From a virus (Duplodnaviria > Caudoviricetes), in IMG/VR virus record IMGVR_UViG_3300020042_009382, positions 1 to 38,710 of that record: a stretch of 38,710 nt of DNA; one strand, 5' to 3'. The translations under genes and the position numbers were made by a program. How positions within the stretch are numbered: the stretch's first letter is position 1; every line of letters begins with the position of its first letter. Positions 11,601 to 21,279 of the stretch are shown here, one piece after another. The notes beneath the pieces were generated by a model. The model had not been told where the DNA came from. It did no database searches and saw only the letters and a program-made list of their open reading frames with translations.

Positions 11601-14600
11601 AGAAAGTGAGTTATCTGATAAATTAAAAACCAAATTATTATTTTTAATCGATTCAATTTGTGGATTTATCAATGTAATACTATGATTGCTGCCCCCGGTA
11701 GATGCAATACTTACTGTAGTTGGGGGAATAGTACTGACATCAATGTAAGTTTCACAAAGTTTGATATTATTATCATCAATTTTATAAACATAATATGATC
11801 CCGTAGATAGTCCAGATGCAATTAAATTTGCAGAATATAAAATTTTATCTCCAGTTTTTAAATTATGAGAGTTAATTGCAATTGTACTAGATGTTGTATT
11901 GATGCCAGTGGAATTGAATCCAATAGGATTGATTAAAATATTTCCGGTAGTTGCATCTCTCTTAACATAAACTGAAGTTGAAGTTCCAATACCAACTGAT
12001 AGATTTGGTTGTACATTGAGTTTAATGATATCTCCAGTAGTCAATTCGTGATATGTGGAAATTGAAACTGCAGATTTAATTTTCTTAATTTTTCCGGTTA
12101 ATTGTGAATATGAACTTTCAAAGGAATATTGATCTGCATCACTACCATTATTGCGGAAGAATACTTCGGAAGAATTGAGAGTAGTTTTAATTCCAATAGT
12201 ATTCTTATTCTTGTTAGTTACGTATACATTTTGTGGTAAATCAAATTGACTTCCAGTTGGTGAAGTTGAAATTGCAATCGGATCACCATTGCTTGCAAAT
12301 GCAACTCTTTGATTATTTGTAAATGGGTGATTTTCAATATAAATTCCCTGTGTTGGAATATTTTTTGTAATAGTAGAATCACCGAATTGTGAAATTATAG
12401 TATTTGTAATTCCTGCCGTAGTTCCGACACCAACAGATTCTTTTGGATTAAAGAATACTCTGTCATTGACCTTTGACTCAAAATAATCAATGTTTTGAGA
12501 AATTGTAAATGAATCTGGAATAAAATTTATTTGTGTAGTTGCAGTGTGAGATACTCCTGTAGATCCCCTCTTTACTTTAAGTATATTAAGATTTCTGAAC
12601 ACTTCCAGTATTTGTAATGTTTCTGCTCCTATTGTAATACTACTTCCAACAGATACAGACGTTGGAAGTTGTGTAACATATACTTCTGTCGTTAATCCTA
12701 CGGTTGATGTGGTGGGAATATTCTTAAAAACATTAGAATAATAAGAAGATACTCCTATTTGGTAAGAATTATTTAATTTACTTAAATTAGTTGAGAAACC
12801 TGAAATTACAACATAATCATTATCAGATAAATTGTGGTAAGGTAAAATTGAAACCTTTACTTCCCCTTCATTTTCCCAAGTGAAAATTGCACCCTCATAA
12901 GTTTGTACAGAAGTATTTAATTCTACAATATTCTTTCCTTCTATAGATGAAACTCTTGCAATTAATCCACCACCTTTAGTATTTGTATTATCAAATTTCA
13001 ATACATCATTTACTTTATAATTTGAACCAGAATTTATAATATCAAAATCATTTATGTTTCCAATCGTTACTGATTCAACAATGGATCTTTGTCGATTAAT
13101 TTGATCGGTTTCAATTATAAAATCATTTCCTGCATAATTGTCTGATACTTTATATGGTAAAGTATTTCTAAGTAAATTAGTCCCATTAAAATCATATGAT
13201 TGATCAAGTGTAGAATTTTCCTCTAAAGTATTGGATCTATAATAATTACCAATAAAATATGGAAATTGTGGTTCGAAAGTTGAAACTTCAAGTGGTGCAA
13301 AATATGCATATGTTCCATTTGGAAATTCTGGAGTTTTTCCAAATCTTCCATTATATTCATCCAAATCCCCGGAATTGGTATATACATAATCTTCAACAAA
13401 GAATCCGGCAGAAATTCCTGCAGGTCTGTCTATAATATTGGAGGTATTTAATGTATAACCAGAAGTTAATAGTTTTGGGGCAGAATTTCTATCTTCTGAA
13501 TTTGAATATCCATATGAACCATATATTGGATTTCCATCATACGCCCATCCAATTATGTTGGAAACACTAGTACCAGTATCACTAAATGATTGTCTTAATG
13601 TATTAAAATATCCGCAAACTGAATATTGTAATTTATTTTCAGTTTCTATTAAGAGTTCGTTTCCAAATCTAAAATTATTATTAACTGTCAAAGGTCTAAT
13701 ACTTGATTTAAATAATGCATTAGAACCCGATGCTTTAACTTGAATTGTGGTGGATGTACTTGAATATCCAATTCCAGCGTTTATAATTTTAACATCAGTT
13801 ATTTTTTCGTTTGTAATAACGGGTCTTAATTCTGCTCCAGATCCTTGTCCTGTCGAATCAGTTACAATTAAATCGGGATTTGAATAGTACTCTAACCCAC
13901 CATACTGAATATTTACGGCATTGATGATGCCATTGGTAATAATTGGTTTTAGTTGCGCTTCTTTACCATTTTTTATGGATATTGAAGGACTTCTTTCAAA
14001 GTTTAGAATGGTTGTTCCATAACCAGTTCCAGTTTCATATAAGTATGCGTCTACAAGACTGCCTCTAACTTTGGGAGTTGCTATAAGTGTTTGATACCCC
14101 TGAGTTGTTGTACCAAAACCAACTGAAGTATATTGTATAGAAACTGAAATATTTGGATAATTAAAGTACTGATAACCAGATCCTGTAGAAGAAAATTTAG
14201 TATAATTTTGTCTATTATAATTTGATGGGTTTGTGCCACCAATGCCAGCATCACATACCCTAAAAGAATCGTTATCATTTTTTAGAATATAATATTGTGA
14301 TAGTGTTGAAATTCCTATTGTGGATGTTTCATAACTGTAAGTCACTAACTCCCCATTATTAAAACCATGATTTTCAAAATTGATAGTATGATTGGATGTA
14401 GATATTCCAGTTGGTTTGACAATTAATTTTCTATTAGTATAACCACTACCACCATTAATAATTTTAATTTCTGATATTGTATTTTTATATGAAGTAGTTC
14501 TAAATTTATGAATTCCTGTATTATTGTAAGTACTAAATCCTACAGTATTAATTCCAGATGAATAATCTGAAATTGATTGGTACAATTTAATTGTTGTGTT

Positions 14601-17219
14601 ATTATCAATTTTTATATAATAAGTTCCGTTATTAATCAAGGTTGAGCTTGCAAATCCGACACCAATTGCAGCATTTCCATTGGAATTGTAAATTACAGAT
14701 TCACCATTGACTAAATTGTGGTCAGTTAAAAATGTAAGTTGTCGTGTAGTTGTACTAATGCCGCCAGAATTTGTAGTTGCTCTGCCATCAAAAAATATTT
14801 CTCTTACTCTTTTTGTAAGAATTGGCTGAAGAACAGCACCAGAACCATTTCCACCACTTACTCCAATTGATACAATTGAATTAATATCATAATCTTGTGA
14901 ATCTATATAAACTTCTTTGATACTACCACTAATTACTGGATGTACTAAAGCAGTTATTCCGATTCCAGATGAAACTGTTAGTAATGGTGGATTAATAACG
15001 TCATAGTTGGTCCCACCATTTAATACATCAATAGATTCCAATGGACCATAATAAATTTTATCATTTGATTTATAATTAGCAATCTCTACACCATTGACCA
15101 ACATTCCAGTTGGACCTGGAATTGTAACTTGTCCAGTCCCATTTTCAGTATTTACATTTAATGGAAATTTTTTAAATACCTTTTGAGCACCAATTTGCTC
15201 AGATCTTTGAGAATAGATTGTAAATGTGTGCTTACCACTTGAAGGTCCAAATGTTAAATAATTGGATCCACCAATAAATGATCTGGAAGAGAATAATTTA
15301 ATTTTTTTCTTATCCTCCGATTGAATTTTAATATAGTAACTGCCAGTTTCTAATCCAACTAAAGGACTCAGTGCTGGTTGGTAATAAATTCTATCACCAT
15401 CAATAAAATTAACTGGATTGTCAAATGCTATAGTGGAATAAGTGCCATCACCAACAGCGTCTGTTAGTATTCCAACTGTACCATTATTAATTGATGATGT
15501 ATTAATATTTTTTGTTATTTCATAAGAGGGTAGTGAATTTGACGCAGAATACGCATAATCTTGATCGGTATATAAATTCAATATATCCGATAAAATAGCA
15601 TTATTTCCAAATTCAATTGGAACTACTGAACTACTTGCAGTATTAATTTTTCTTCTTAAATCATATTTCATTCCAGAATCTGGAGTAAATGATAGATTAT
15701 TTAAAATAACTTTATTTTTTCCAACAATATTTGAAATGTATGCAATATTTGTAGTAGAAGATGCGACATTATTTGTATCTCTTTCAACAATTTCAACTCT
15801 ATCTCCAATTTTTAAACTTGATTTATCAATTGGGCTTGTTAAAATGAAATTGTTGATATCTTCTATTTGATATCTTGAACTAGTATTGTATATCCAAGAA
15901 TTTGCAAAAATTTGTTTATAGGTTTTATTCTGTTCCGGATTTTGAATTAAATCTCCAAGATTTTTAACAGAAATAATATCACCTTCATTAACACTTAGAT
16001 TATCGGACACTTGTACAAATTGAGACAATGCTCCAGCAAGTCTTAATTCAACTTTCTTAGTGAGATCTCCATCTTCATAACCATAATAAATTTCATCAGA
16101 TCTTACATCATTTGTAGAAGAAATTGTGGATGTAATACCAATACATCCAAAAAATTGATTTATACTCTTACTTGTGTAAGTAATGGTATTAATGCCCGAT
16201 ATGATTGTTCCAATTCCTGCAAATCCAATTGTAGAATCAACAGAAATTACAGAAGATCCAATAGAAACATTTTCAAGGCATTTTGTATTCGGTGTAATTG
16301 TAAAATTACCTTCAACTGCAGAAATATCACTATATCCAACAAAGAGTGAAATTTTAAAATATTGCTTATTATTCCTAGTAAATGGTTCTACCTCAGAGAT
16401 GGATGCACTTGTAATATCATCAGTTGATTTTTTGATAGTTTGTCCAACCAGTTTGGAAGGATCTCCAGAGATTCTTTCTGTTATTACAACTTCTCTTCTA
16501 ATAAATTCTGCAGATGATGGTTTGATTAAAAATTCTTCTAAATTTACAACTCTTGGAGTTACTCCATAAAGAACATTAAATAAAATTCTAAATGATTCAT
16601 CTGTTCCTTTTGCCTGATAGAACGATCTTGCTTCCTTTATAAAATTACCAACGTTTAAATTAGAAACAAAGTCAAGATCCTCCAATCCAGGTGTTAGGGT
16701 ATATTTTAATTTTTTGTAAAATTCTTTTAAAAATAATGAACTGAGATTCTGTACAGAAGAATTTGTAGAATGAATTTTTGCAGTTGATTCTGAAAATACT
16801 AATTCTTGCTGATTTAAATTTGCATGATAACTTGTAATACCACTAAATCCACGAATACAACCAGTAAATGTATTTGTAGTTAATCCAGTATATGTAACAA
16901 TTTCATCATCAATTTTTAATAGACCATAATTTTGTGGAAATCCCTTAGTAGTACTGACTGTGATTGTAGTGTTTGTAGATGAAATTTCAGTAGTAGTATA
17001 TGTACTATCTACTACTACTTCGGGAGTTAAGTTATCAAGTTTTAAATATTGATCTAAATTTTCTGCAATATCAATTGGACCACCTTGATATTCCTGAGAA
17101 ATATAATATTGCTTTAAAAATTCTGCTGCATTGGGGCTTTCATCCAAAATAAAATTTGGAAGTTGGCTCTCAATAACTTGCTGAACCTTAACTCTAGACT
17201 CAAATCCAGTCTGTATCAT
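5637..17219 (-). CDS. gp7: Giant baseplate wedge initiator, gp7-like (3860 aa)
   Basis: N-terminal FLKQYY and FYQAKGTDESFRILFNVLYG motifs; IIGWAYDGNPIYG segment; many GGSGY, NHxF and GIGTT repeats; lies between gp6 and gp8. Confidence 0.8.
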   Translation of the reverse strand: MIQTGFESRVKVQQVIESQLPNFILDESPNAAEFLKQYYISQEYQGGPIDIAENLDQYLKLDNLTPEVVVDSTYTTTEISSTNTTITVSTTKGFPQNYGLLKIDDEIVTYTGLTTNTFTGCIRGFSGITSYHANLNQQELVFSESTAKIHSTNSSVQNLSSLFLKEFYKKLKYTLTPGLEDLDFVSNLNVGNFIKEARSFYQAKGTDESFRILFNVLYGVTPRVVNLEEFLIKPSSAEFIRREVVITERISGDPSKLVGQTIKKSTDDITSASISEVEPFTRNNKQYFKISLFVGYSDISAVEGNFTITPNTKCLENVSIGSSVISVDSTIGFAGIGTIISGINTITYTSKSINQFFGCIGITSTISSTNDVRSDEIYYGYEDGDLTKKVELRLAGALSQFVQVSDNLSVNEGDIISVKNLGDLIQNPEQNKTYKQIFANSWIYNTSSRYQIEDINNFILTSPIDKSSLKIGDRVEIVERDTNNVASSTTNIAYISNIVGKNKVILNNLSFTPDSGMKYDLRRKINTASSSVVPIEFGNNAILSDILNLYTDQDYAYSASNSLPSYEITKNINTSSINNGTVGILTDAVGDGTYSTIAFDNPVNFIDGDRIYYQPALSPLVGLETGSYYIKIQSEDKKKIKLFSSRSFIGGSNYLTFGPSSGKHTFTIYSQRSEQIGAQKVFKKFPLNVNTENGTGQVTIPGPTGMLVNGVEIANYKSNDKIYYGPLESIDVLNGGTNYDVINPPLLTVSSGIGITALVHPVISGSIKEVYIDSQDYDINSIVSIGVSGGNGSGAVLQPILTKRVREIFFDGRATTNSGGISTTTRQLTFLTDHNLVNGESVIYNSNGNAAIGVGFASSTLINNGTYYIKIDNNTTIKLYQSISDYSSGINTVGFSTYNNTGIHKFRTTSYKNTISEIKIINGGSGYTNRKLIVKPTGISTSNHTINFENHGFNNGELVTYSYETSTIGISTLSQYYILKNDNDSFRVCDAGIGGTNPSNYNRQNYTKFSSTGSGYQYFNYPNISVSIQYTSVGFGTTTQGYQTLIATPKVRGSLVDAYLYETGTGYGTTILNFERSPSISIKNGKEAQLKPIITNGIINAVNIQYGGLEYYSNPDLIVTDSTGQGSGAELRPVITNEKITDVKIINAGIGYSSTSTTIQVKASGSNALFKSSIRPLTVNNNFRFGNELLIETENKLQYSVCGYFNTLRQSFSDTGTSVSNIIGWAYDGNPIYGSYGYSNSEDRNSAPKLLTSGYTLNTSNIIDRPAGISAGFFVEDYVYTNSGDLDEYNGRFGKTPEFPNGTYAYFAPLEVSTFEPQFPYFIGNYYRSNTLEENSTLDQSYDFNGTNLLRNTLPYKVSDNYAGNDFIIETDQINRQRSIVESVTIGNINDFDIINSGSNYKVNDVLKFDNTNTKGGGLIARVSSIEGKNIVELNTSVQTYEGAIFTWENEGEVKVSILPYHNLSDNDYVVISGFSTNLSKLNNSYQIGVSSYYSNVFKNIPTTSTVGLTTEVYVTQLPTSVSVGSSITIGAETLQILEVFRNLNILKVKRGSTGVSHTATTQINFIPDSFTISQNIDYFESKVNDRVFFNPKESVGVGTTAGITNTIISQFGDSTITKNIPTQGIYIENHPFTNNQRVAFASNGDPIAISTSPTGSQFDLPQNVYVTNKNKNTIGIKTTLNSSEVFFRNNGSDADQYSFESSYSQLTGKIKKIKSAVSISTYHELTTGDIIKLNVQPNLSVGIGTSTSVYVKRDATTGNILINPIGFNSTGINTTSSTIAINSHNLKTGDKILYSANLIASGLSTGSYYVYKIDDNNIKLCETYIDVSTIPPTTVSIASTGGSNHSITLINPQIESIKNNNLVFNLSDNSLSEYEFKIYYDQNFNNEFVSTASTSEFNLLGIGTVGISTNASLTIKYDSNLPSKLYYNLEKTGYISTSDITVSNYSEILFVDSVYNSNYSISGIGSTTFNISLVKVPEKLTYSQNECDALSYTTNSISAKGPIDKINIVSGGIGYKKLPVFTGSDSIDGQDAYVVAKSQNIGNVREVRIIDDGFEYSSDKTLQPIAYISPTVTIKNSNTIDTIAVTDGGRGYTNPPSIVIVDSITGEKIDSGILETVITGSSISAVNIVQEPRGVPETTVQLFTSNNTNGISIQKVESSSTGIFTCFITTPVLGFSTNPFNIGDKVFVEGIQKIGTDGSGFNSEDYGYQFFTVSGYSVGILDEVVINLSNIGLTTNTGIAKTIQDSIGNIIKSTDYPSFEVVQKVSSFIIGEAIVSNNIERDLIITDYDKTSIKVYGSYDLSIEEVITGKESGNIATIDSIKVNSGKFDVDYSVRKDLGWTNNIGKLDEDDQVIADNDYYQNLSYTVKSPITYQNLRTQVNSLLHTSGLKNFADTGITSTTNSGISSSSNATTIIYDIIEENRVDTIYDFDLVKDIDIIGSSSKFLKLKNKKLTDYTECKTNVVLKVDDISRQFSNLNGEPSDFLNIFELDLTTSYNNLLFRVSSADNSKIQLTELVLLNDGSDNFILEKGTIVNVGAGLTHISGEELGSFSIVTNEFNKTYLQFTPTDSYNVDYDLKLLKSGFNSSSPGIGTTSIGFIDLTGSNRIVTSGITTSIISVNSNKFTSLYVNTQVIEAGANDMNFVESYLTHDGTDTYISQYYFDSEYQIYNYSGNFIGSFGANISSGILSLNYTNDSSNDVTIRSKIVGFGTTAVGVGTYRFKLSGQLNEYERTAIYQSNYSSTVSAASTEVISLNKNDFNAVKSLIKISVGSTSALHQIMMVQDTANAYIQQSPFLSIGSTNGIGTFGAEYSGNNFILKFYPNSSITSKIDVLSFNQCLYTILDDVNIPPDLLYGASSESVEVDFYNAINGNRINRTEFNLTSDGYPIFAKTFDPSETSILNKTTGVFTIPNHFFSNLEKLVYTPKSTFIGIGSVSVGIGSTLNSVGVVTTLLPSDVYVIKLSNNAFKLSTRQDYATLGIGVTFTSNGQGNAHQLEMFKKNEKAIITIDNLVQYPLLFTPISYTLSGNGGQIGVGSSIFALSGISTISPKNILKIDDEYMGVINVGLGTTNIGPITNNGTISLVEVTRGFVGSSASSHTDSGTARIYKGSYNIVGNSIFFTESPRGNPQIERTSSNLIFETSDFTGRVFLRNNYTTNQIYDDISNQFTGIGRTFTLTVGGANTVGLGSTGGNGILFINSVFQTPTTDNNPTNNFRIIENSISGISSVVFSGITSANTLDVITSQSDVNQNQIPRGGIIISLGSSTGLGYAPLVGAAVTAVVGAGGSIKSVGIGTTDNLGSGYNGIVSIGISVYQSGHAGAAATITASVGAGGTLSFNIIGGGSGYTNPKIFVSEPSYENLGVTGISRLGIGTTTSTGIGLLLNVEVGASSTTGIGSTYYEVTRFNISRQGYNFQRGDVFKPVGLVTDSRLGSPLSEFKLTVINTFTDSFAAWQFGEFNYIDSIANYQDGIRTRFPLYYNSELLSFEVQEGSQVNLANALLIVINGVIQDPGVAYEFDGGTSFVFTTAPKAEDNVAIFFYRGTAGDDSTLITDINETLKRGDTVQVLKNNSISGTMSQDKRIIFDLSFSDKFETNLYSEQGVDTENNKPLSWIKQKVDRKINGENVYKTRDSIESLVYPTAKVIKNFSNTNTEIFVDNAEFFNYDVDTNFDALIVNGISTTSSGAVELISNISLINGFSGIITGITTSAGSGGNPLALRFHLNASSYVGLQTGYPIYIFDTRVGRGVTSIDSSDSSVVGIGSTFLDNIYYIHQFSSSGTTGIITCNIKSNTSVVGLASTGSVSNPVGKFSWGRLSGFTRSSSPISIGVSGNTVDVGLSTFPTIQRRGTGIRNTGALSKLL

Positions 17220-17220
17220 A

Positions 17221-19116
17221 TTAATTTCTTGTTAAATTCCCGTTTGAATAACTTGATCTATAGTACTCATCTTTAGAAAATACCGTTCCCGATATTTCAT
17301 CACCAGACGCAATTACGTCTCTTACCATATTTATTGTGCTTTTTGAAATGTTAAAATTTAAGTACAAATCTTTCAATCCAATAACATCATTTGATTCTGG
17401 ATATGCTTGTATTTCTATAATATCATTGCTCAATGAAGTTGAGGTAATATTCAATGTTCCCAACTTAATCTCACCTGTTAAATAATCAACTATTCCTGCA
17501 GATTTTACAATGGTTCTTATGGTGCCATCACTGATAGGTTTTACTATGGACACGACTCCAGTTTTTCCATCCGAATTTGGAGTATCTGTTAGATATACTG
17601 TATCTGGATCACTGGAGATTTTAAATCCAGTAGATTTGATATTATATCCAGATAAACTTATATGAAATCTATTACCAAAACATAATTCATATTGTGCAAA
17701 TTGATTTACAAGTGCTTTCAAATCTCTTCTGATTCTTACCTTAGTAATATTTGAAGTTATAGCAGTATCTGTATTATCAATAACTTGAGCAATTTTACTA
17801 TACTTAAATCTCCCTCCAAATGTATTAAGATCTATAGAATTTGAATAATTTGTAAGTGAATTAGTTACTTTTGTTTTTAAGGACTCAACTGCTGAAACTT
17901 GAGAGTAATTATAATATATTGAAGTATCAATTTCTACATATAATACTTTAAGGTCAATTATTTTTTGATTAATTCCAGAAATACTATATTGTTTTAATTG
18001 TGATAAAATTCTAGATTTTAGAAAATCTGAAACATAAGTTCCATTTTTTGGTTTAATGCTGATAGTTACTGTTCCAAACTCTGGGGGATCCAATTCTTCT
18101 CCACCAATAATAGCAACAGATTCGGTTTCTGGATAAATCTTTTTGATAATTGCTTCATAATCACGTGCAGTTACTGCTCTATACTGCGCAGAATAAATTC
18201 TTGGGGCAAAATATTTAATCGAATCAACAGTCTCAATGTCGGAACCATTCTGAGATGATTGGTTTGTTGTAATTGAGACTACATTATTAGATGTAATTGG
18301 AGAACCACCAGCATTTTTAATGCTTCCGGAAAAAGAAAATGAAGATGCACCATTACCTTCCTTACCATCGGTAACAATATAAGTTACTGTGACTACCGCA
18401 TTATTTTCTAATTTCTTACCAATTAATCCATCGCCAAAGAGTAATTCATATTTTTCATCTTGTACTTCTTGTATGAGGTAAATTTGTGATGTAGAATCTA
18501 CATTAAGAATGTTATCGACTAAAGAATACTCTACTCCAAGACCACTATCATTTACCCCCTTCACATAAACTGAAATTGTGGATGTATCGATATATGAATT
18601 ACTCAGTATAAATCTTTGATCTAATGATCCATCGACTGTAAATTGCTTCGTTAAAAATGTTCCTTGATACACATCAATTTCATTGAAAGATGCGACACCA
18701 CCAACAATATTTGTTGAGATATTATCTGGAATTGAAAAAATATATGATGAGTTATCAACGGTCCCTACGCACACTAGACCTGCCTGTAGAGTTGCTGTAG
18801 GTGTATTCGCACCTATAGACATATTAAATGATACTTGCGCCTTTGCTGCCGTTCTGGAACGAGGTACGTATCCAATATTTCTTGCTAATGAAACAACATT
18901 CTCACGAAGAGTTGCAGAATCCAAGAAGGATTCATTCACAATCATATTCGAGTTAAATGAAGTAATATACGTATTATATGCTAACGTATCAATTAATACT
19001 GAAAAATTAGATCCCTCAAAATCAAAATCCGTGAATGTGGAGTTAGCACGGAGATAATCCTTGATAGAAGTTTTTATCTGATCAAAATCTAGATTTGTAA
19101 ATTTAGTAAAAGGCAT
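17221..19116 (-). CDS. gp6: Baseplate wedge subunit gp6
   Basis: LDFDQIK, FTDFDFEGS, ESFLDSATLRENVVSLARNIGYVPRS, YELLFGDG and QYRAVTARDY motifs. Confidence 0.93.
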   Translation of the reverse strand: MPFTKFTNLDFDQIKTSIKDYLRANSTFTDFDFEGSNFSVLIDTLAYNTYITSFNSNMIVNESFLDSATLRENVVSLARNIGYVPRSRTAAKAQVSFNMSIGANTPTATLQAGLVCVGTVDNSSYIFSIPDNISTNIVGGVASFNEIDVYQGTFLTKQFTVDGSLDQRFILSNSYIDTSTISVYVKGVNDSGLGVEYSLVDNILNVDSTSQIYLIQEVQDEKYELLFGDGLIGKKLENNAVVTVTYIVTDGKEGNGASSFSFSGSIKNAGGSPITSNNVVSITTNQSSQNGSDIETVDSIKYFAPRIYSAQYRAVTARDYEAIIKKIYPETESVAIIGGEELDPPEFGTVTISIKPKNGTYVSDFLKSRILSQLKQYSISGINQKIIDLKVLYVEIDTSIYYNYSQVSAVESLKTKVTNSLTNYSNSIDLNTFGGRFKYSKIAQVIDNTDTAITSNITKVRIRRDLKALVNQFAQYELCFGNRFHISLSGYNIKSTGFKISSDPDTVYLTDTPNSDGKTGVVSIVKPISDGTIRTIVKSAGIVDYLTGEIKLGTLNITSTSLSNDIIEIQAYPESNDVIGLKDLYLNFNISKSTINMVRDVIASGDEISGTVFSKDEYYRSSYSNGNLTRN

Positions 19117-19117
19117 T

Positions 19118-19519
19118 TTATCTTGTTGCCTCTAATAGGAAAGAATATTCTTGAGTTGGAAACTCTTGTCCAATGATATCAAAAATCACCGTTACATTGA
19201 ATGTGTTTTGATCTGGAATAGGATCTACTTCAACTCTAACATTATTAACTCTTGGTTCAAAGTTATTAATTGAGATTTCAATTTGATTTTGAATGACTGA
19301 TGCAGTACCAAAATCAATAAATTCGAATAAACTTCTTCCAATATCAGATCCTAATAGTGAATTAAAGAATCTTTCAGTTGGAATAGTTTCTACAATATTT
19401 CTTACAGATCTGCGAATTGCATTTTCATTTTTTAATATTGGTAGATCCTTCGTCACAGGATGTGGTTCAAAGGATAAACTGATATCTTTAAATGATCGGG
19501 ATATCCTTTGAATTGCCAT
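19118..19519 (-). CDS. gp25: Baseplate wedge subunit gp25 (GPW/gp25 family)
   Basis: AIRRSVRNIV..ERFFNSLLGS..LFE..FEPRV motifs; upstream of gp6. Confidence 0.92.
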   Translation of the reverse strand: MAIQRISRSFKDISLSFEPHPVTKDLPILKNENAIRRSVRNIVETIPTERFFNSLLGSDIGRSLFEFIDFGTASVIQNQIEISINNFEPRVNNVRVEVDPIPDQNTFNVTVIFDIIGQEFPTQEYSFLLEATR

Positions 19520-19536
19520 CGAACAGAGTTTTTATT

Positions 19537-19544
19537 TATTTATA
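19537..19544 (-). promoter_or_regulatory. T4-type late promoter TATAAATA
   Basis: Exact match 17 nt upstream of the gp25 ATG. Confidence 0.8.
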
Positions 19545-19545
19545 C

Positions 19546-19722
19546 CTACTTCCATAAAGAACCATATGTTGGTTCAGTACCATATTCCCAATCATCATAG
19601 TCTTCATCATTACGAATTTTTTCATGTAATTCAGTTTGTTTTTTAAGATTATGCTTTGGTGCATAATCGTACATTACCTCTTGAATTATTCTTTTTTGAG
19701 AATCTCCTGATTCGAATAACAT
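19546..19722 (-). CDS. Small hypothetical protein (58 aa)
   Basis: Manual ORF MLFESGDSQKRIIQEVMYDY...DDWEYGTEPTYGSLWK with AGGAG just upstream. Confidence 0.7.
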   Translation of the reverse strand: MLFESGDSQKRIIQEVMYDYAPKHNLKKQTELHEKIRNDEDYDDWEYGTEPTYGSLWK

Positions 19723-19788
19723 TTTAGCTCCTGTTTTAATGAATAAAACAGAACTTTTATAAAGGAGGTTGCTATCTCCTATTCCTAT

Positions 19789-20130
19789 TTAACGATTTAC
19801 TTCACGAAGAGAATAATTATCAGAATTCAAATATTTTAACAACTCTATTGCGATTAATTTCGGATTTCCTTCACCACATGTATAAACATCTATTGCTAGA
19901 CATCCCTCCTCAGGCCACGTGTGACACGATACGTGACTCTCAGAGAGTGCGATGACTATAGTACATCCCTGAGGTATGAAACAGTGCTGGAAGACGTTTA
20001 GAGTAGTCATCCCGGCACGTTTAATACCACTAAGCATTATTTCTTCAAGGGCAATTGCATCATTAATAAGGTCATGATTAACATCATACACCTCTAACAG
20101 AAGATGTCTACCCATTGAAAAACGTTCCAA
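19789..20130 (-). CDS. speD: S-adenosylmethionine decarboxylase proenzyme
   Basis: MGRHLLLE, LSESHVSCHTWPE (E-S self-cleavage site) and IDVYTCG motifs. Confidence 0.92.
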   Translation of the reverse strand: MERFSMGRHLLLEVYDVNHDLINDAIALEEIMLSGIKRAGMTTLNVFQHCFIPQGCTIVIALSESHVSCHTWPEEGCLAIDVYTCGEGNPKLIAIELLKYLNSDNYSLREVNR

Positions 20131-20164
20131 GTCACTACTGTAAGTAAAAAAATATTTATCCCAT

Positions 20165-20192
20165 AAAAAAAGCGGGTCATATTGCCCGCTTT
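20165..20192 (-). terminator. Intrinsic terminator
   Basis: Minus strand AAAGCGGG-caatatga-CCCGCTTT continuing as a T7 run, right after the stop at 20195. Confidence 0.8.
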
Positions 20193-20194
20193 GA

Positions 20195-20338
20195 TTATTT
20201 ACCTTGTCCTCGATATTTTTTACGAGCTAAGTTACGAGAAGTTGCGGCATACTTAGTATTTGCCCCATCACCCTGACGAGTGGTTTTGGGGTTTGATTCA
20301 ATAATAACTTTACCATTCAATGAGGCACGTTTAGACAT
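20195..20338 (-). CDS. Small basic hypothetical protein (47 aa)
   Basis: Manual ORF MSKRASLNGKVIIESNPKTTRQGDGANTKYAATSRNLARKKYRGQGK; TAATG overlap with the upstream ORF. Confidence 0.75.
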   Translation of the reverse strand: MSKRASLNGKVIIESNPKTTRQGDGANTKYAATSRNLARKKYRGQGK

Positions 20339-20499
20339 TAGTTTTCTCCAATAATTTCAGTTTCAATTTCATTTGGATTTGGAGAACCTGTCCGATAAAA
20401 ATCAATTGCCAGATCCTCCATTGTATTGAAGTATTCTTCCTCTGTAAGATCTATGTAAATTTTACGCCCCTTACAAAGGATATTATACTTATTGGACAT
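20338..20499 (-). CDS. Small hypothetical protein (53 aa)
   Basis: Manual ORF MSNKYNILCKGRKIYIDLTEEEYFNTMEDLA...; TGATG overlap with the upstream ORF. Confidence 0.75.
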   Translation of the reverse strand: MSNKYNILCKGRKIYIDLTEEEYFNTMEDLAIDFYRTGSPNPNEIETEIIGEN

Positions 20500-21257
20500 C
20501 AGATCACTCTTGTCTTTTCGTGACCAACACGAATACGAGGATCACACCAAATTTCAAAACCTGCTGCGATTGCATCTAAACAGAATGATACATCTTCTCC
20601 ACACATATCCTGAACATCACCAGAATCAAAGACTTGCATCTTAGGGGCAAACCAAGGATACTTGATTCCATCATTCTCAAATACACCGTGCTTAATTAAT
20701 ACCCAACCAAAACCTGTATAATCAACGGTAAATGGTTTACGGCGTTTTGAAATACTTTCAACAGTTTCATGATTCATCACTCCACCATTATTACGGAAAT
20801 CATCTTCTTCTAACCAGTGTGCTACAGAAGTCGTGTGTCCATCTTCAGTAGCATACCAACCAGCGGCAATGTCCTTCTCCATTAGAACTAATTGCCAGAA
20901 TTTCTCAGTATTAAAGACAATATCAGAATCAATCCAAAGTTGCCAATCATAATTTAGTTTCCCATCCCAAGGAAGTTGATCTGGTCCGCGCAGTACATTC
21001 GCACCTAAACACTTACATCGGGCAAAGTTTACCATCGATGAATAGTCTTGTGAAATTTGAATACTTGCTCCTGACTGTACTAGATCAAAACAAAGTTGTA
21101 CAAAACTCTTTAGGTAGGTATATGAAACTCCTCTACCAGGAAGGCAAAATACAATGGACTTACCTTTTACTATTTCCTTTGCTTTATTGTAGTCCCATTC
21201 TGGTTCATTATTTGATGTCGCTGGGACATTTGCTTTTACTGTGAATCCTTTAGCCAT
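20499..21257 (-). CDS. Conserved cyanophage protein, GT-A fold glycosyltransferase-like
   Basis: WIDSD (DxD), TGFGWVLIK, GEDVSFC and VGH motifs resemble GT2-like enzymes. Confidence 0.7.
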   Translation of the reverse strand: MAKGFTVKANVPATSNNEPEWDYNKAKEIVKGKSIVFCLPGRGVSYTYLKSFVQLCFDLVQSGASIQISQDYSSMVNFARCKCLGANVLRGPDQLPWDGKLNYDWQLWIDSDIVFNTEKFWQLVLMEKDIAAGWYATEDGHTTSVAHWLEEDDFRNNGGVMNHETVESISKRRKPFTVDYTGFGWVLIKHGVFENDGIKYPWFAPKMQVFDSGDVQDMCGEDVSFCLDAIAAGFEIWCDPRIRVGHEKTRVI

Positions 21258-21279
21258 AATTTTAAATGATTACTTACAT

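Noticed and set aside
4060-19511. Plus-strand and nested ORFs in the structural module
   Set aside because: Antisense or off-frame shadows of well-supported baseplate genes.
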